Source: Octopus bimaculoides
Lineage: Eukaryota
Reading direction: 5' to 3'
Length of the DNA stretch: 64,000 nucleotides
Assembly: GCF_001194135.2 (NCBI RefSeq)
Contig: NC_068997.1
Coordinates: 30,346,528-30,410,527, forward strand
Below are positions 62,964 to 64,000 of the stretch, piece by piece. The translations under genes and the position numbers were made by a program. The notes under the pieces were generated by a model. That model made no database searches. It was given only the letters and a program-made list of their open reading frames with translations, and had not been told where the DNA came from. Numbering within the stretch: the first letter of the stretch is position 1; every line of letters starts with the position of its first letter.

Positions 62964-63129
62964 TCTTCGATAAATTCTAAACTCAACAGGTGGTCAAGTA
63001 CTGCTCTTATACAGTGGGGGGTTCATTGAATTAATTGATAAATGCTACTTTTCTTATGGTAACCTCTTCCTTATTTCTGTTGGTATAATGTTAAGCATCA
63101 CAAATATCGATTGGTTTGTCTATTTGTTT

Positions 63130-64000
63130 TGGTTTCTTTTGCTGTTCAGCAATGTGTTATTTCATTTCAAAATATTTCTTTCAAATGCCATGAATGGTGT
63201 TTTGTTCCTGTGATTACATGATGTGATCATTTTAGAGTCCCTATTTACCACGTTTTCCTTGGATGTGATGATTTCCAGGGTTTCTTCTAGGATTAGTTTG
63301 CATACCCATGATGTTCCATTGTATGGTGAAGCATTATTTTTAATGGATCAGTGGGTCATATGTTCCATTCCATTCTGTTTTAGTTTCCAGATGAGGTTTG
63401 ATAGAAATGTGGAGTGTTTTTTTATTATATAAGAAAATGAAGAGAGATGGTTTATCAGACGATTCTTCATAATGTCTCCAGTGCCACCAATGTACACATA
63501 TTTCCGCATATCTGTCTTCACCTCACATTTATACACTATGTTCCTTATCATGCAGTTGTTGTTAAATCTGCATTCCTCTTTATGTCTGATGTTACACATG
63601 ATACTATTTTCATAATTTCTTTCCATGAAGTTACTATTAGTGGTCTTCTTTCTTTTCCCTCCTGTAACTGTGCACTCATTTTTCTTATGTATGGGTTGTA
63701 CCTTTAATTGTGTGATGTTGTTTGGGTTCATTTTTGCTATTGATGAATTTTTATTACTCCTATTTTCCACCAATATATCATCGTATACAATATTAGCTGT
63801 GGTTGGTTTATATTTCCCCTCTAGTTTTATTCTATTTGGTTTTGTGTTATTTAGTTATTTATGTATGTGGTATTCTACATTATGGGAGGTCATATATACT
63901 AATTTGAATATGCTGTATGATGTTGACGATTTTGTGATATTTGGAAGACACATGTCGTTTTTCTTATATATATATAGAAAATTTCCGACATGACACAACC
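63130..64000 (-). mobile_element. Penelope-like element GIY-YIG region
   Basis: CNIR...CRFNNNCMIRNIVYKC...YIGGT...RLINH...STFLSNLIWKLKQ. Confidence 0.85.

Overview
Eukaryotic, AT-rich, gapped genomic DNA. The SINE/LINE families and their shared tails point to an octopus (cephalopod) assembly; this is an inference. No prokaryotic features, rRNA, true tRNA genes or CRISPR arrays were seen. Most of the window is transposon-derived: Tx1/L1-like, R4/Dong-like, RTE, CR1-like and Penelope retroelements, three Gypsy LTR elements, Helitrons, a mariner MITE, tRNA-derived SINEs and microsatellites. Small spliced exons, missed by the ORF track, belong to two convergently oriented TRPM-family cation channel genes. 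The + strand gene has TRP-helix and coiled-coil exons at 7.7-12.1 kb. The - strand gene has pre-S1/S1-S2 exons at 41.9-43.9 kb, plus a candidate 18-nt microexon at 22.6 kb. The most striking system is a set of Tx1-like retroelements stacked head-to-tail. One stack sits inside the tRNA-derived head of a SINE with a perfect 16-bp target-site duplication (AAGTAGCTTGCTTACC), and an uninterrupted copy of that SINE in the same window serves as an empty-site control. Two stacks each include an ORF1-only ('half-LINE') unit, and a different SINE carries the Tx1 3' tail. Four minimal type I hammerhead-ribozyme-like motifs are present, two of them inside a tRNA-headed SINE-like element. Most entries in the ORF track are spurious or decayed transposon frames. 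Decayed-element boundaries were read by eye and are approximate.
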